This document shows, in pieces, positions 37,354-46,778 of a DNA stretch of 64,000 nucleotides (its first letter is position 1; each line of letters opens with the position of its first letter). A program made the position numbers and the translations under genes. The notes below the pieces were generated by a model, which did no database searches, was not told the origin of the DNA, and worked only from the letters and a program-made list of their open reading frames with translations. The DNA comes from [Archangium] primigenium (GTDB lineage: Bacteria > Myxococcota > Myxococcia > Myxococcales > Myxococcaceae): contig NZ_JADWYI010000001.1 of assembly GCF_016904885.1 (NCBI RefSeq), positions 7,305,224-7,369,223 on the forward strand, written 5' to 3'.

Positions 37354-38886
37354 TCAGTCCAGCGGGGGAGGCGTGTAGACGAACAGGTCGCCGAGCGTCG
37401 CGCGCTCGCCCCCGTCGTCCGTCACCCCGCCCGCGACGAGCACCGCGCCGTCCCGCAGCACCGTGCACGTGTGCTGGTAGCGCGACAGCGTCAGGTTCGG
37501 CATCCCGAGCAGCCCCGAGGCCTCCCCCGCCCCGCCCGGAACCAGCAGCTCCGCGTGCGCGTCGCTCACCAGGCCCCCGGGCCCGAAGCCCCGCCCGCCC
37601 AGCACCACCACGCGCCCATCCAGCAGGGTCACCGCGCACGGCTCGCTCCGGGCGAACACCTGGGGCGTCGCGCCCGCCGTCGGCTCCTCGGAGGCGAACA
37701 CGAACTCCGAGGAGGCCAGCACCGAGTCCGTCTGGGTCTCGCCGGGCGCGGAGCTGCCGCCCACGTACACGAGGCGCCCCGAGGGACCGAAGGCCGCGAG
37801 CGCCCCGTCCCGGCGGGGCTCGCGCAGCACGCCCCCGCCCGCCACCGGCGCGAAGCCGTCCTCCTGGTACGCGAGGACCAGCACTTCCGGCTGGAGCTCC
37901 AGCCCATCCGAGCCCCCCACCACCGCGATGCGCTGCCCATCGCCCAGCAGGTACGCCGCCATGCCCACGCGCGGCACCGGCGTCGCCACGGGGAACAGCC
38001 GCCCGGAGGCGCTGTCGTAGCCTTCCGCCTCGGCCACCACGGCCCCGTCCGCCCCCACGCCCCCCAGCACGAGCACCCGCCCCCCCGAGTCCACCACCGC
38101 CACGTGACGGCTGCGCTCCCGGGCCCACTCCACACGCGAGGAGGCCTGGCCCGTCTCGTCCAGCACCTCGGCCACGCGCAGCGGGAGCGGACCGTCCTCC
38201 GTCTGGGTCTCGCCCCCCACCAGCATCACCTGGCCCCCGGACAGCCGCGTCGCCGTGTGGAAGGCGCGCGCCGGGTTCAGCGCCGGCAGGGCCCTCAGGG
38301 TCCCCCCCGCGGGATCGAGGACCTGGACCACGCCCAGGGGGGTGGACCGACCGTCCTTGTCCAGCGCGAAGCCGCCGGCGAGCAGCACCCGCCCATCCTC
38401 CAGCAGGGTCGCCGTGTGGGCCGCGCGGGCGGTCCCGAGCGACAGGCACTTGCCCTGCGCGTCGACCGGCGGCGCGTACTCGCCCACCCGGCGCAGCACG
38501 ATCCGCACCGCGGCCCCGTCCCCCGACGTCCGGGCGACGGTGTCCGCGCGGCCCAGGGCCACGACCCGTCCGCCCGCGCGCGGCAGCTCCGTGTACCCCC
38601 GGACTTCCAGGGTCCGACCGCCCCCCGCCAGGGAGGGCGCGCCCGCCGCCCCCTCCTCCACGGGCGTGAAGACCACCTGGGGCTCCAGATCCGGGCCCGT
38701 CACCCGCCAGCGCAGGTAGCGCACCCCCTGCAACACGGGCGTCCCGGCGCACGCCCGGGTCTCCAGGAGGACGGTGGGCCCGTCCTCGCCCGTCGACGCG
38801 CAGCCTGGCACCCAACACCCCAGCGAGAGGGCAAGCGCCTTCCAGCCCAGCCGTCGTCCTCGTCCCCGGGCCATCCCACGCCTCAT
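37354..38886 (-). CDS. Kelch-repeat beta-propeller lipoprotein
   Basis: Lipobox ALSLGCW. Repeated GG..LVLGG / RVLLAGG Kelch-like blades. Confidence 0.55.
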   Translation of the reverse strand: MRRGMARGRGRRLGWKALALSLGCWVPGCASTGEDGPTVLLETRACAGTPVLQGVRYLRWRVTGPDLEPQVVFTPVEEGAAGAPSLAGGGRTLEVRGYTELPRAGGRVVALGRADTVARTSGDGAAVRIVLRRVGEYAPPVDAQGKCLSLGTARAAHTATLLEDGRVLLAGGFALDKDGRSTPLGVVQVLDPAGGTLRALPALNPARAFHTATRLSGGQVMLVGGETQTEDGPLPLRVAEVLDETGQASSRVEWARERSRHVAVVDSGGRVLVLGGVGADGAVVAEAEGYDSASGRLFPVATPVPRVGMAAYLLGDGQRIAVVGGSDGLELQPEVLVLAYQEDGFAPVAGGGVLREPRRDGALAAFGPSGRLVYVGGSSAPGETQTDSVLASSEFVFASEEPTAGATPQVFARSEPCAVTLLDGRVVVLGGRGFGPGGLVSDAHAELLVPGGAGEASGLLGMPNLTLSRYQHTCTVLRDGAVLVAGGVTDDGGERATLGDLFVYTPPPLD

Positions 38887-39012
38887 GTCATTCCCTTTCG
38901 CGCCCAACCAGTCCCGGCCCGGACGAAAGAGGGCTTGCGCTCGGACCGGCGCGAGCGTAGCGATGGCTTCTGGCCCCGGTCAACGCGACCGTCCGCCCCT
39001 CGTGACGCTCCC

Positions 39013-40554
39013 GTGAAGCTCTCGCTCGCCACCCGCATCTTCCTGGGCTACGCGGTGGTGCTCGTCACCTTCGGTGCCGTGTCGCTCTTCAGCGTGGCGG
39101 AGCTGCACCGCAACCAGTTGGAGATCCGGCTCGTCAGCCAGGGCTACCTCCAGCTGTCCCAGGACGCCGCCGCGCTCGAGTCCTTCCACACCAACCAGGA
39201 GAAGGACACCGAGCGCATCCTCGAGGAGCCCCTCGCGGAGACCCGGCGGGGCTTCATCCGCCTGGCGCGGCTCTACGTGCCCTCGCTCATGCTGGAGCGC
39301 CTGCGCGAGGCCCAGGCCCGTGCCCAGGAGGTCCGCGCGCTCGCGCCCGCGGGTGAGGTGCGCTTCGTGGCGGATCTGGAGTCGCGCCTGCGCGAGCTCA
39401 CCCAGCGCGCCCAGGGCTACGGGCGGGCCGCCGAGGCGGTCTTCACGGTGCTCGCCCGGGAGGCGCCCGCGCCAGACGAGGTGGCGCGCGTGGGCGCCGA
39501 GCTGCGCCAGCAGGAGACGGCCATCGGCCGCGACATCCGCTTCCTGCGCGCCGCGCTCAACAACCGCATCCGCGAGCGCGTGGACGGCGCCGAGGAGCGC
39601 GAGCGCAGGACGGGCCTGGCCATCATCACCCTGTCCGTGCTGGCCATCATCGTGGGGCTCATGGCCACCGCCTGGTCGGCGCGCACGCTGCGGCCGGTGC
39701 GCACCCTCATCGAGGCCGTGTCGCGCATCGGCCGGGGGGACTACAGCGCCCAGCTCGGCGTGGCGGGCCAGGACGAGGTGGCGGTGCTCGCCCGCGAGTT
39801 CGACGCCATGGCGCGCTCGCTCCAGGCGCGCGAGGCCCAGCTCAAGGCCCAGGCCGAGGCGCTCATGCGCGCCGAGCAGCTCGCCGCCGTGGGCCGCATC
39901 TCCGCCCAGGTGGCCCACGAGGTGCGCAACCCCCTGTCCTCCATCGGCCTCAACGCCGAGCTGCTCCAGGACGCCTTCGAGCACGCCACCTTCGACACGC
40001 CCGCCGAGGCGCGCGAGGCCCGGGAGATCCTCGGCGCCGTCACGCGCGAGGTGGACCGGCTCGCCGAGGTGACCGAGCAGTACCTGCGCATGGCCCGGCC
40101 GCCCCGCCCCAGCCTGGAGCCCACCGACGTCACCGAGGTGCTCGCCAGCGTGCTGGACTTCTCACGCGAGGAGCTGGAGCGCGCCGGCGTGGAGGTGGTG
40201 CGCGAGCTGTCCCCGACCAACCCCCGCGCCCTCGCCGACGAGGGCCAGCTGCGCCAGGTCTTCCTCAACCTGCTGAGAAACGCGCGCGAGGCCATGCGCG
40301 AGGGCGGCCGGCTCACCATCACCACCCTGGCCCACGCGCGCGAGGTGGAGGTGGCCCTGCGCGACACGGGCCACGGCATGAGCGAGGCCGTGCGCTCGCG
40401 GCTCTTCGAGCCCTTCTTCACCACCAAGGAGGACGGCACGGGCCTGGGCCTGGCCGTCTGTCAGCAGATCCTCAAGGCCCATGGCGGCGAGCTCTCGTGT
40501 CAGAGCGCGCCCGGCCAGGGCACCACCTTCTTCGTCAGGCTTCCCCGCGCATGA
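39013..40554 (+). CDS. sensor histidine kinase (TM-HAMP-HisKA-HATPase)
   Basis: N-terminal TM helix, HAMP (RPVRTLIEAVSRIGRGDYSAQL), H-box (AQVAHEVRNPLSSI), and N/G boxes (LLRNAREA, DTGHGM, GTGLGLAV). GTG start is uncertain. Confidence 0.7.
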   Translation: MKLSLATRIFLGYAVVLVTFGAVSLFSVAELHRNQLEIRLVSQGYLQLSQDAAALESFHTNQEKDTERILEEPLAETRRGFIRLARLYVPSLMLERLREAQARAQEVRALAPAGEVRFVADLESRLRELTQRAQGYGRAAEAVFTVLAREAPAPDEVARVGAELRQQETAIGRDIRFLRAALNNRIRERVDGAEERERRTGLAIITLSVLAIIVGLMATAWSARTLRPVRTLIEAVSRIGRGDYSAQLGVAGQDEVAVLAREFDAMARSLQAREAQLKAQAEALMRAEQLAAVGRISAQVAHEVRNPLSSIGLNAELLQDAFEHATFDTPAEAREAREILGAVTREVDRLAEVTEQYLRMARPPRPSLEPTDVTEVLASVLDFSREELERAGVEVVRELSPTNPRALADEGQLRQVFLNLLRNAREAMREGGRLTITTLAHAREVEVALRDTGHGMSEAVRSRLFEPFFTTKEDGTGLGLAVCQQILKAHGGELSCQSAPGQGTTFFVRLPRA

Positions 40555-41846
40555 GCTTCACCTACCACCGCGACGCGCTGTCCAACGGCCTGCGGGTCGT
40601 CACCGTCGAGACCCCCCACCTGCACACCGCCCTGCTCGCCGTGTACGTGCGCGCCGGCAGCCGCCACGAGACGCCGGCCAACAACGGCGTGAGCCACTTC
40701 CTCGAGCACCTCTTCTTCCGCGGCTCGGAGGGCTGGCCGGACACCGTGCGGATGAACTCCGCGGTTGAGGAGGTGGGCGGCAACCTCAACGGCGTCACCA
40801 CGCGCGACCACGGCTACTACTACACCCCCCTGCACCCGGCGCACCTGGACGTGGGCATGGCCATCCTCGGCGACATGCTCACCCGCCCCCGGCTCACCGA
40901 CATGGAGGTGGAGCGCAGCATCATCCTCGAGGAGATGCTCGACGAGGTGGACGAGAAAGGCCGGGACATCGACATCGACAACCTGTCCAAGCGCGCGCTC
41001 TTCCCGGAGCACTCCCTGGCCTTCAAGATCGCCGGCACGCGCGAGTCCGTCTCCCGGCTCACCCACGCCCAGGTGCTCGAGCACTTCGCGCGCCACTACG
41101 TCACCGGCAACCTGGTGGTGACGGCCGCGGGCCGGGTGCAGCGCGAGCAGGTGCTGGAGCTCGTCCACCGGCACTTCTCCGGGCTGCCCCAGGGCCCCGC
41201 GAGCCAGGACGTCCCCCCGCCCCCGACGCCCCGGGGGCCCCGGCTGCACGTGGTCACCCACGACGAGGCCCAGACGGAGTTCCGCCTGAGCTTTCGCACC
41301 GTGCCCGAGCACCACCCGGACTGGCCCGCCCTGCAACTGCTGCGCCGCTTCCTGGACGACGGCCTGTCCTCCCGCCTGCCCTTCGAGATCGTCGAGAAGC
41401 GGGGGCTGGCCTATTCCGTCCACGCCTCGCTGGAGGCCTTCCACGACGCGGGCATCTTCGAGATCGAGGCGGCGAGCGCCCCGGAGCGCGCCTCGCTCGT
41501 GGTGGCCGAGACCTTCCGGGTCCTCGGCGAGCTGTCCACCCAGTGTGTCACCGAGGAGGAGCTCACCCGGGCCAAGCGGCGCCACCGGATGCTGCTGGAG
41601 TTCTCCCAGGACTCGCCCGGCGAGCTGTCCGGGTGGTTTGGCGGCACGGAGCTCTTCCGCGCTCCGGAATCCTTCGGCCAGCGGGCCGACTGGGTGGACG
41701 CCGCCAGCGCCGAGCAGGTGCGCGCGGTGGCCCGGCGCTACTTCGCTCGGGACAACCTGACGGTGGTGGCGGTGGGCCAGCGCAAGGGAATCAAGGCCTT
41801 GGAGAAGGTCGTGGACGCCGCCGAGGCCCTGCCATCCGCCAGATGA
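40551..41846 (+). CDS. M16-family (pitrilysin-like) zinc peptidase
   Basis: HFLEH inverted zinc motif (HxxEH) and M16 fold. ATGA overlap with the HK gene. Confidence 0.7.
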   Translation: MSFTYHRDALSNGLRVVTVETPHLHTALLAVYVRAGSRHETPANNGVSHFLEHLFFRGSEGWPDTVRMNSAVEEVGGNLNGVTTRDHGYYYTPLHPAHLDVGMAILGDMLTRPRLTDMEVERSIILEEMLDEVDEKGRDIDIDNLSKRALFPEHSLAFKIAGTRESVSRLTHAQVLEHFARHYVTGNLVVTAAGRVQREQVLELVHRHFSGLPQGPASQDVPPPPTPRGPRLHVVTHDEAQTEFRLSFRTVPEHHPDWPALQLLRRFLDDGLSSRLPFEIVEKRGLAYSVHASLEAFHDAGIFEIEAASAPERASLVVAETFRVLGELSTQCVTEEELTRAKRRHRMLLEFSQDSPGELSGWFGGTELFRAPESFGQRADWVDAASAEQVRAVARRYFARDNLTVVAVGQRKGIKALEKVVDAAEALPSAR

Positions 41847-41973
41847 CGATGTGGGCGTCTTTCTCTCGTGGGCGGTGGTCGGAGCCCCCCCCAGGGGGGT
41901 ACCCTGCCCGCGCAGCGTAGCGCGGCGGGGGCCAGACGTTCCGGGGGCCGCCGTGCGGGGGATTCAGCGAGTC

Positions 41974-42594
41974 ATGACCGGACCGAGAGAGCCCGTGGTC
42001 TTCAGCACGATGGTGGAAGCGCTCATCAAGCTCGTGGGCGGGCGGGAGCGCTTCGACTCCGAGAAACGCAAATGGCTCAAGGCCATCGGGATTGATCTGG
42101 ATCAACCCTTGCTCGTCGCCTATTCGCTGCCCACCTGGTTCGGCTTCGTCCGGGTGTGCGCGGAGTTGCTCCATCCCGGCCTGGACCCTGCGCGGGCCCA
42201 CTACCGCGTCGGCTTCGCGTTCGTGGCGGCCTATGGCCGGACCACCATGGGCCGGGCGGTCTTCATGATGATGCGCATGTTGGGCTTCGAGCACTCGCTC
42301 TCGCGCATCAACAAGGGATTGAACTCCGGCATCAACTTCCTCTCGGCCCGGACGCGCTTCCTGGAGGATGGCTCGCTCGAGATGACCTTCGAGGTGCTGC
42401 CCGAGTTCCATGCCGCGCTCGGTCCCACCTCGGGCATCGATCCCCACTTCATGAACGGCAACATGGACGCGATGATGGCCCTGGTGGACGCCCCCTTCCA
42501 GCCCGGCAAGCTCCAGCACTGGGAGCCCCACTCCCAGCGCGCCGTCTTCGTGATGGAACGCAAGGTGCCTCTTCCTCGAGCCTCGAACTCCTGA
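41974..42594 (+). CDS. TIGR02265/DUF2378-family protein (second paralog)
   Basis: Aligns along its length with the 2484..3038 product (FVAAYGRTTMGRAVFMMMRMLG vs FMVAYRQTLMGKAVFSITRVIG). Confidence 0.55.
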   Translation: MTGPREPVVFSTMVEALIKLVGGRERFDSEKRKWLKAIGIDLDQPLLVAYSLPTWFGFVRVCAELLHPGLDPARAHYRVGFAFVAAYGRTTMGRAVFMMMRMLGFEHSLSRINKGLNSGINFLSARTRFLEDGSLEMTFEVLPEFHAALGPTSGIDPHFMNGNMDAMMALVDAPFQPGKLQHWEPHSQRAVFVMERKVPLPRASNS

Positions 42595-42604
42595 GCGCGC
42601 GGTC

Positions 42605-43567
42605 ATGACCCCCCCGAGCGTGGACTGGCGCGCGCGTCTGGAAGCCCTGGGCATCTCGGAGGGCGCGGACGTGCCCGCGAGCCTGGGCGCCCAGCTGCTG
42701 CGCTCGTGGGGCGAGCCCCTGGCCGCCGAGGCCGCGCTGCGCGAGCACCTGGAGCTTCAACCCGAGGACAAGGACGCCCTCAAGACGCTCGTGGCCGTGC
42801 TGCGCGAGTTGGGCCGCGCCGACGAGGAGTCCGCCGTGCGCCGCCACCTCCTCGAGCGGCGCTGCGAGCAACTGGGCGTACCCGAGCAAGAGCGGGACGC
42901 GGTGGCCGCCTACCTGGAGGCGGCCGAGACGGGCCTGGGCGCCCCGGCGCGCTCGGTCGCGGCCTACGTGACCGCCCTGTTCAACGTCTACGCGCCCTCC
43001 TTCGACGACAGCCTCCGCGGCCTGCTGGCGTACCGCGCCCCGGAGTGCCTGATGGAAGCCGTCCAGGAGGTGCTGGGCCCCCGCCGCCACCTCGACGTGC
43101 TGGACCTGGGCTGTGGCACCGGATTGGCGGGCCCCCTGCTGAGGCCCCTCGCCCGCCTCCTGGAGGGGCTCGACCTGTCCCCGCTGATGATCGACAAGGC
43201 CCGCGAGCGGCGGGTGTACGACACGCTGCGGGTGGCGGAGATCTCCGCGGACCTGGAGGCCGGCACCTCCCGGTACGATCTGATCACCGCCGTGGACGTG
43301 CTCGTCTACTTCGGCGCACTGGAAGCGGTGATGGCCGGGGTGGCCCGGCGACTCGCACCCGGAGGCGTGTTCGCCTTCACCGTGGAGAAGGGTGAAGCGC
43401 CCGGCTACCGGCTCCAGCCGAGCGCGCGGTATGCGCACCACCTGGACTACGTGCGGCGGTGCGCCCATGACGCGGGCCTGCGTCCCGTGGTGGAGTGGGA
43501 GCGCGGTCTGCGGCGGCAGGCGGGGCAGCCCGTCCAAGGCCATGTGGTGGTGCTCGCCGGCCGTTGA
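42605..43567 (+). CDS. class I SAM-dependent methyltransferase with N-terminal TPR-like region
   Basis: Motif I VLDLGCGTG and post-I acidic residue. FAFTVEKGE. Confidence 0.6.
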   Translation: MTPPSVDWRARLEALGISEGADVPASLGAQLLRSWGEPLAAEAALREHLELQPEDKDALKTLVAVLRELGRADEESAVRRHLLERRCEQLGVPEQERDAVAAYLEAAETGLGAPARSVAAYVTALFNVYAPSFDDSLRGLLAYRAPECLMEAVQEVLGPRRHLDVLDLGCGTGLAGPLLRPLARLLEGLDLSPLMIDKARERRVYDTLRVAEISADLEAGTSRYDLITAVDVLVYFGALEAVMAGVARRLAPGGVFAFTVEKGEAPGYRLQPSARYAHHLDYVRRCAHDAGLRPVVEWERGLRRQAGQPVQGHVVVLAGR

Positions 43568-43590
43568 CGTGCCCGACAAGGAAGAACCGC

Positions 43591-44079
43591 ATGCGCCTGC
43601 GCGACGAGATTCCCCCCGACACCGCCGCCGTCCGCCACGTCCACACCCAGGCCTTCGGCCGCGCGGACGAGGCCCGGCTGGTGGACACCCTGCGCGAGCG
43701 GGGCGAGGCGGTGGTGTCGCTCGTGGCGCAGGAGGGCGGCGCCGTCATCGGTCACGTGCTCCTGTCGCCCCTGGACGCGCCCTTCCGGGCCCTGGGCCTG
43801 GCGCCCGTGGCGGTGCTGCCCGAGGCCCAGCGCCGGGGCGTGGGCGCGGCGTTGATCCGCGAGGGGCTCGCCCGGGCGCGGCAGGCGGGCTGGGAGGCGG
43901 TGTTCGTCCTCGGCGAGCCGCGCTACTACGAGCGCTTCGGCTTCAGCGCGGCGACGGCCTCGGGCTTCAGCTCCCCCTACGCGGGCCCCCACTTCCTGGC
44001 GCTGTCCCTGCGGGGCGCCCGGCTGATTCCCGGCGAGGGCAGCGTGGCCTACGCGCCGCCCTTCCAGGAACTCGGCTGA
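43591..44079 (+). CDS. GNAT-family N-acetyltransferase
   Basis: Acetyl-CoA binding motif AQRRGVGAALIREGLARARQAG. AAGGAAG RBS. Confidence 0.6.
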   Translation: MRLRDEIPPDTAAVRHVHTQAFGRADEARLVDTLRERGEAVVSLVAQEGGAVIGHVLLSPLDAPFRALGLAPVAVLPEAQRRGVGAALIREGLARARQAGWEAVFVLGEPRYYERFGFSAATASGFSSPYAGPHFLALSLRGARLIPGEGSVAYAPPFQELG

Positions 44080-44088
44080 GCGGCGCGC

Positions 44089-45411
44089 TCAGCGCCGGCC
44101 GCCGCGGATGATGAGCGGCCCCGAGGACTTCTTGGCGGGCTGGGACTTCTTCAGCTCCCGCTCGATGGCCTGGTAGCGCGTGTTCTTCGGCTCCTGCTTG
44201 AGCGCCTCGGCGATGAGCTTGAGGCCCAGGTCCGTGCGCGTGCGCGCCTGGGCGTACATCTCCGCGAGCGTCACCTTGTCCTCCAGCGAGCCCGCGCCCA
44301 GGTTCACCAGCCGCTCCAGGGACTCGCGCGCCAGGATGACGTCCCCCGCCTGCCGGTGGATGCGCCAGAGCTTGTTGAGCGCGGGGATGAAGCGGCCGTT
44401 CTCGTCGAGCGCCATGCCGAAGTCGCGCTTGGCGCGTGGCAGATCCCCCGCCGTCTCCGCGATGAGGCCCCGGACGTAGAGGGCACGCGCGCTGCCGGGC
44501 TGGGCCCGGAGCGCCTGCTCCACCCGGGCCAGGGCCTCGGGCGGGTTGCCCAGCTCGAGTTGAATCTGGCCGAGCCGCGCCAGCAGGTCCGCGTTCTGCG
44601 GGTACTGGGCCACCGCCTGACCCAGCAGCGTTTCCGCCTCCGGCCGACGGTCCAGCGCCGAGAGCACCTCCACGCGCAGGGTGACGATCTCCGGCCGCAG
44701 GGAGACCTCGGGCGCGAGCTGCTCCAGGTCCTGCTGGGCGTACTCGGCGTAGCCGCTGCGCAGGAAGTAGCGGGCCCGCAGCACGCGCGCCGCCGTCAGA
44801 CCGGGTTGCTCCTGCAGCAGCCGGTCCATCAGCTTGGCGGCCAGCACCTCCTCGCCCTTGGCCAGGAGGATCTCCGCCTCCACCACCTTGGCGTCCAGGT
44901 CGTCCGGACGGTTCTTCTGGATGCGCTCGAGCGTCTTGAAGGCGGCGTCGTGCTGGCCATCCTGGGTCTGCAGGTGCGCGAGCCGCAGGAGATCCAGGTC
45001 CCCGAGTTGCTCCGCCTCGCGCATCTCCATCAGCACGGCGATGGCCTGGCGGGGCAGGCCGTCGCGCTCGTAGCGCTCGGCGAGCTTGCGCTTGATGTCG
45101 GGCGCCTCGGCGGGGTTGACGGACATGGCCTGCTTGAGCGCGAGGATGGCCGCGCCCGAGTTGCCCGCGCGGTGGTGCGCCTCGGACATGCGCAACAGGG
45201 GCTCGGTGCGGTCCGGCGCCATGCCCGAGGCCTGCATGAAGGACTTGGCGGCCAGGGCGGGCTGCTCACTGGCCATGAGCGCGCGGCCCTCGTCCATCTT
45301 CGCCTGGTACTTCTTCTCCTGGGAGTCGGAGGAACGGGTGTCGGCGTCCTTACAGGCAAGCGACAGCAACAAGGGTAGGGCCCAGAGCGGGCGAAGGAGT
45401 CTCAAATGCAT
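44089..45411 (-). CDS. TPR-repeat lipoprotein
   Basis: Lipobox LSLAC after MHLRLLRPLWALPLLL. Multiple 34-aa TPR units. Confidence 0.6.
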   Translation of the reverse strand: MHLRLLRPLWALPLLLSLACKDADTRSSDSQEKKYQAKMDEGRALMASEQPALAAKSFMQASGMAPDRTEPLLRMSEAHHRAGNSGAAILALKQAMSVNPAEAPDIKRKLAERYERDGLPRQAIAVLMEMREAEQLGDLDLLRLAHLQTQDGQHDAAFKTLERIQKNRPDDLDAKVVEAEILLAKGEEVLAAKLMDRLLQEQPGLTAARVLRARYFLRSGYAEYAQQDLEQLAPEVSLRPEIVTLRVEVLSALDRRPEAETLLGQAVAQYPQNADLLARLGQIQLELGNPPEALARVEQALRAQPGSARALYVRGLIAETAGDLPRAKRDFGMALDENGRFIPALNKLWRIHRQAGDVILARESLERLVNLGAGSLEDKVTLAEMYAQARTRTDLGLKLIAEALKQEPKNTRYQAIERELKKSQPAKKSSGPLIIRGGRR

Positions 45412-45451
45412 CGCTGAGATGCAGGGTAGCGGATGTTATCCTGCCGCGTCG

Positions 45452-45787
45452 ATGGACCCATTCGTGCGGCGCCTCGTGGAGAGGCTCCATGACCCAGCGC
45501 GTCCCCTGTCGCGCAACCGCCACTTCCACACGTTCGACACGCCCGAGGGCCGCCTGGCCCTCAAGGTGTCGAAGCGGCTCAAGAGCCTGCATCAGGACAT
45601 CCTCGCGTGTGTGCGCGAGGGGCGCCGGGCGCGGCTCTTCCGTCACCTCGAGCCCGGAGGCGAGCACCGGCTCGAGCTGCACTTCGAGCGCATCGCCGGC
45701 CGCCGCGTGTCCCACCTCAAGAAGGCCGAGCTGGAGCTGCTCGCCCAGCTGCCAGGCGTGAGCGAGGCCCTCGCGGGCGACCTCTGA
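45452..45787 (+). CDS. hypothetical protein
   Basis: 111-aa ORF with coding-like composition. No domain recognised. Confidence 0.4.
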   Translation: MDPFVRRLVERLHDPARPLSRNRHFHTFDTPEGRLALKVSKRLKSLHQDILACVREGRRARLFRHLEPGGEHRLELHFERIAGRRVSHLKKAELELLAQLPGVSEALAGDL

Positions 45788-45814
45788 AACCCGGCCGAGG
45801 CCCGGGCGCCGCGG

Positions 45815-46072
45815 CTACGGCGCCGAGGGCGTGGCGATGCGCGCGGGCTGGGGAATGCCGGGCATCAAGGGCGTGGGGTTGAGCGCGAGCACGAGCAGGC
45901 TGCGCAGCGCGTCCTTCAAGTCCTCGCCCACGCTGACCGAGCCCGCGGGCGCGTCCTGGAGCTCGGGCGGCACCTCGTGGCCCAGCACCACCACCGGCAG
46001 GCGGATGTCCCAAGCGAGGAAGTGCGCGAGCTTCACCGCCGCCTCGGTGGTGTCGAACAGGAGCGCCCCCAC
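45815..46072 (-). pseudogene. displaced 3' fragment (last 85 codons) of the response-regulator gene
   Basis: 85-aa ORF identical, bar a few residues, to the C-terminus of the 48767..50269 product. It lacks the receiver and DUF4388 domains. Confidence 0.7.
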
Positions 46073-46104
46073 GGCCCCGGAGCTGAAGGGCCGCCACAGG
46101 GGCC
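45815..46104. repeat. left 290-bp direct repeat (duplicate of the response-regulator gene 3' end)
   Basis: About 98.5% identical to 48767..49056. Both copies begin CTACGGCGCCGAGGGCGTGGCG and end GCCGCCACAGGGGCC. Confidence 0.85.
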
Positions 46105-46217
46105 ATAGCCGAAGAGTCTAGCGTCGGGGAAACAACGCCCTCTGACGCATGCCTCCAAATTCCAGCACTAAACTACACCCCAAACAAGCCCACATCCACT
46201 ACTCACCCAAGCAGTAA

Positions 46218-46778
46218 TCACCGCGCACGAGAAAGCACGCGAGCATCAACTGAGTAGAACTCCCATCCCTCGGCTGGACTTGGCCGTAATTTGGAGGGAA
46301 GCACATGCTCCGCCCTCGACAAATGAGAAGGCCCGTCCAGCAACATTAGAACAGGCCCTGGGCCAGCAGGGTTCAACTCCTGCGAAAGCAGCGCATTAAC
46401 CAAAACAACCAACTCCTCAGAGAAACCATCAAAGTCGCGGCCCGCGTCTCTACTCAAGCGACCCGCGATATCTCGATACTGCACACCAAGCTGAACGAAC
46501 AAGTCGAAGAACCACCTTCGATTTGTTCCCCCCAAATCCAACAGAGGGAGAGTTCGAAGGTCCATTACCCAGCGGGGCCGCAAATCACGCAACAGAGAAA
46601 CAAATGGCGCAGCTGGCATCGCAGCCATATCAATAAAACACAACAACTTAGGACTGGACATCAAAAACAACGGCAACTGCAACGGCTCTCGAAAAGAACG
46701 AGGCGAACTCGCCGATACGTCCAATCTCTCAGGAGAAACAATCAGCTTGAGGTGCGAAACGGCATTGCCCCTAGACAT
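46218..46778 (-). CDS. hypothetical protein encoded in the low-GC islet
   Basis: Overlaps or abuts the deaminase gene stop. No recognisable domain. Start is ambiguous (MSRGNAV or internal MSSPKLL). Confidence 0.4.
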   Translation of the reverse strand: MSRGNAVSHLKLIVSPERLDVSASSPRSFREPLQLPLFLMSSPKLLCFIDMAAMPAAPFVSLLRDLRPRWVMDLRTLPLLDLGGTNRRWFFDLFVQLGVQYRDIAGRLSRDAGRDFDGFSEELVVLVNALLSQELNPAGPGPVLMLLDGPSHLSRAEHVLPSKLRPSPAEGWEFYSVDARVLSRAR

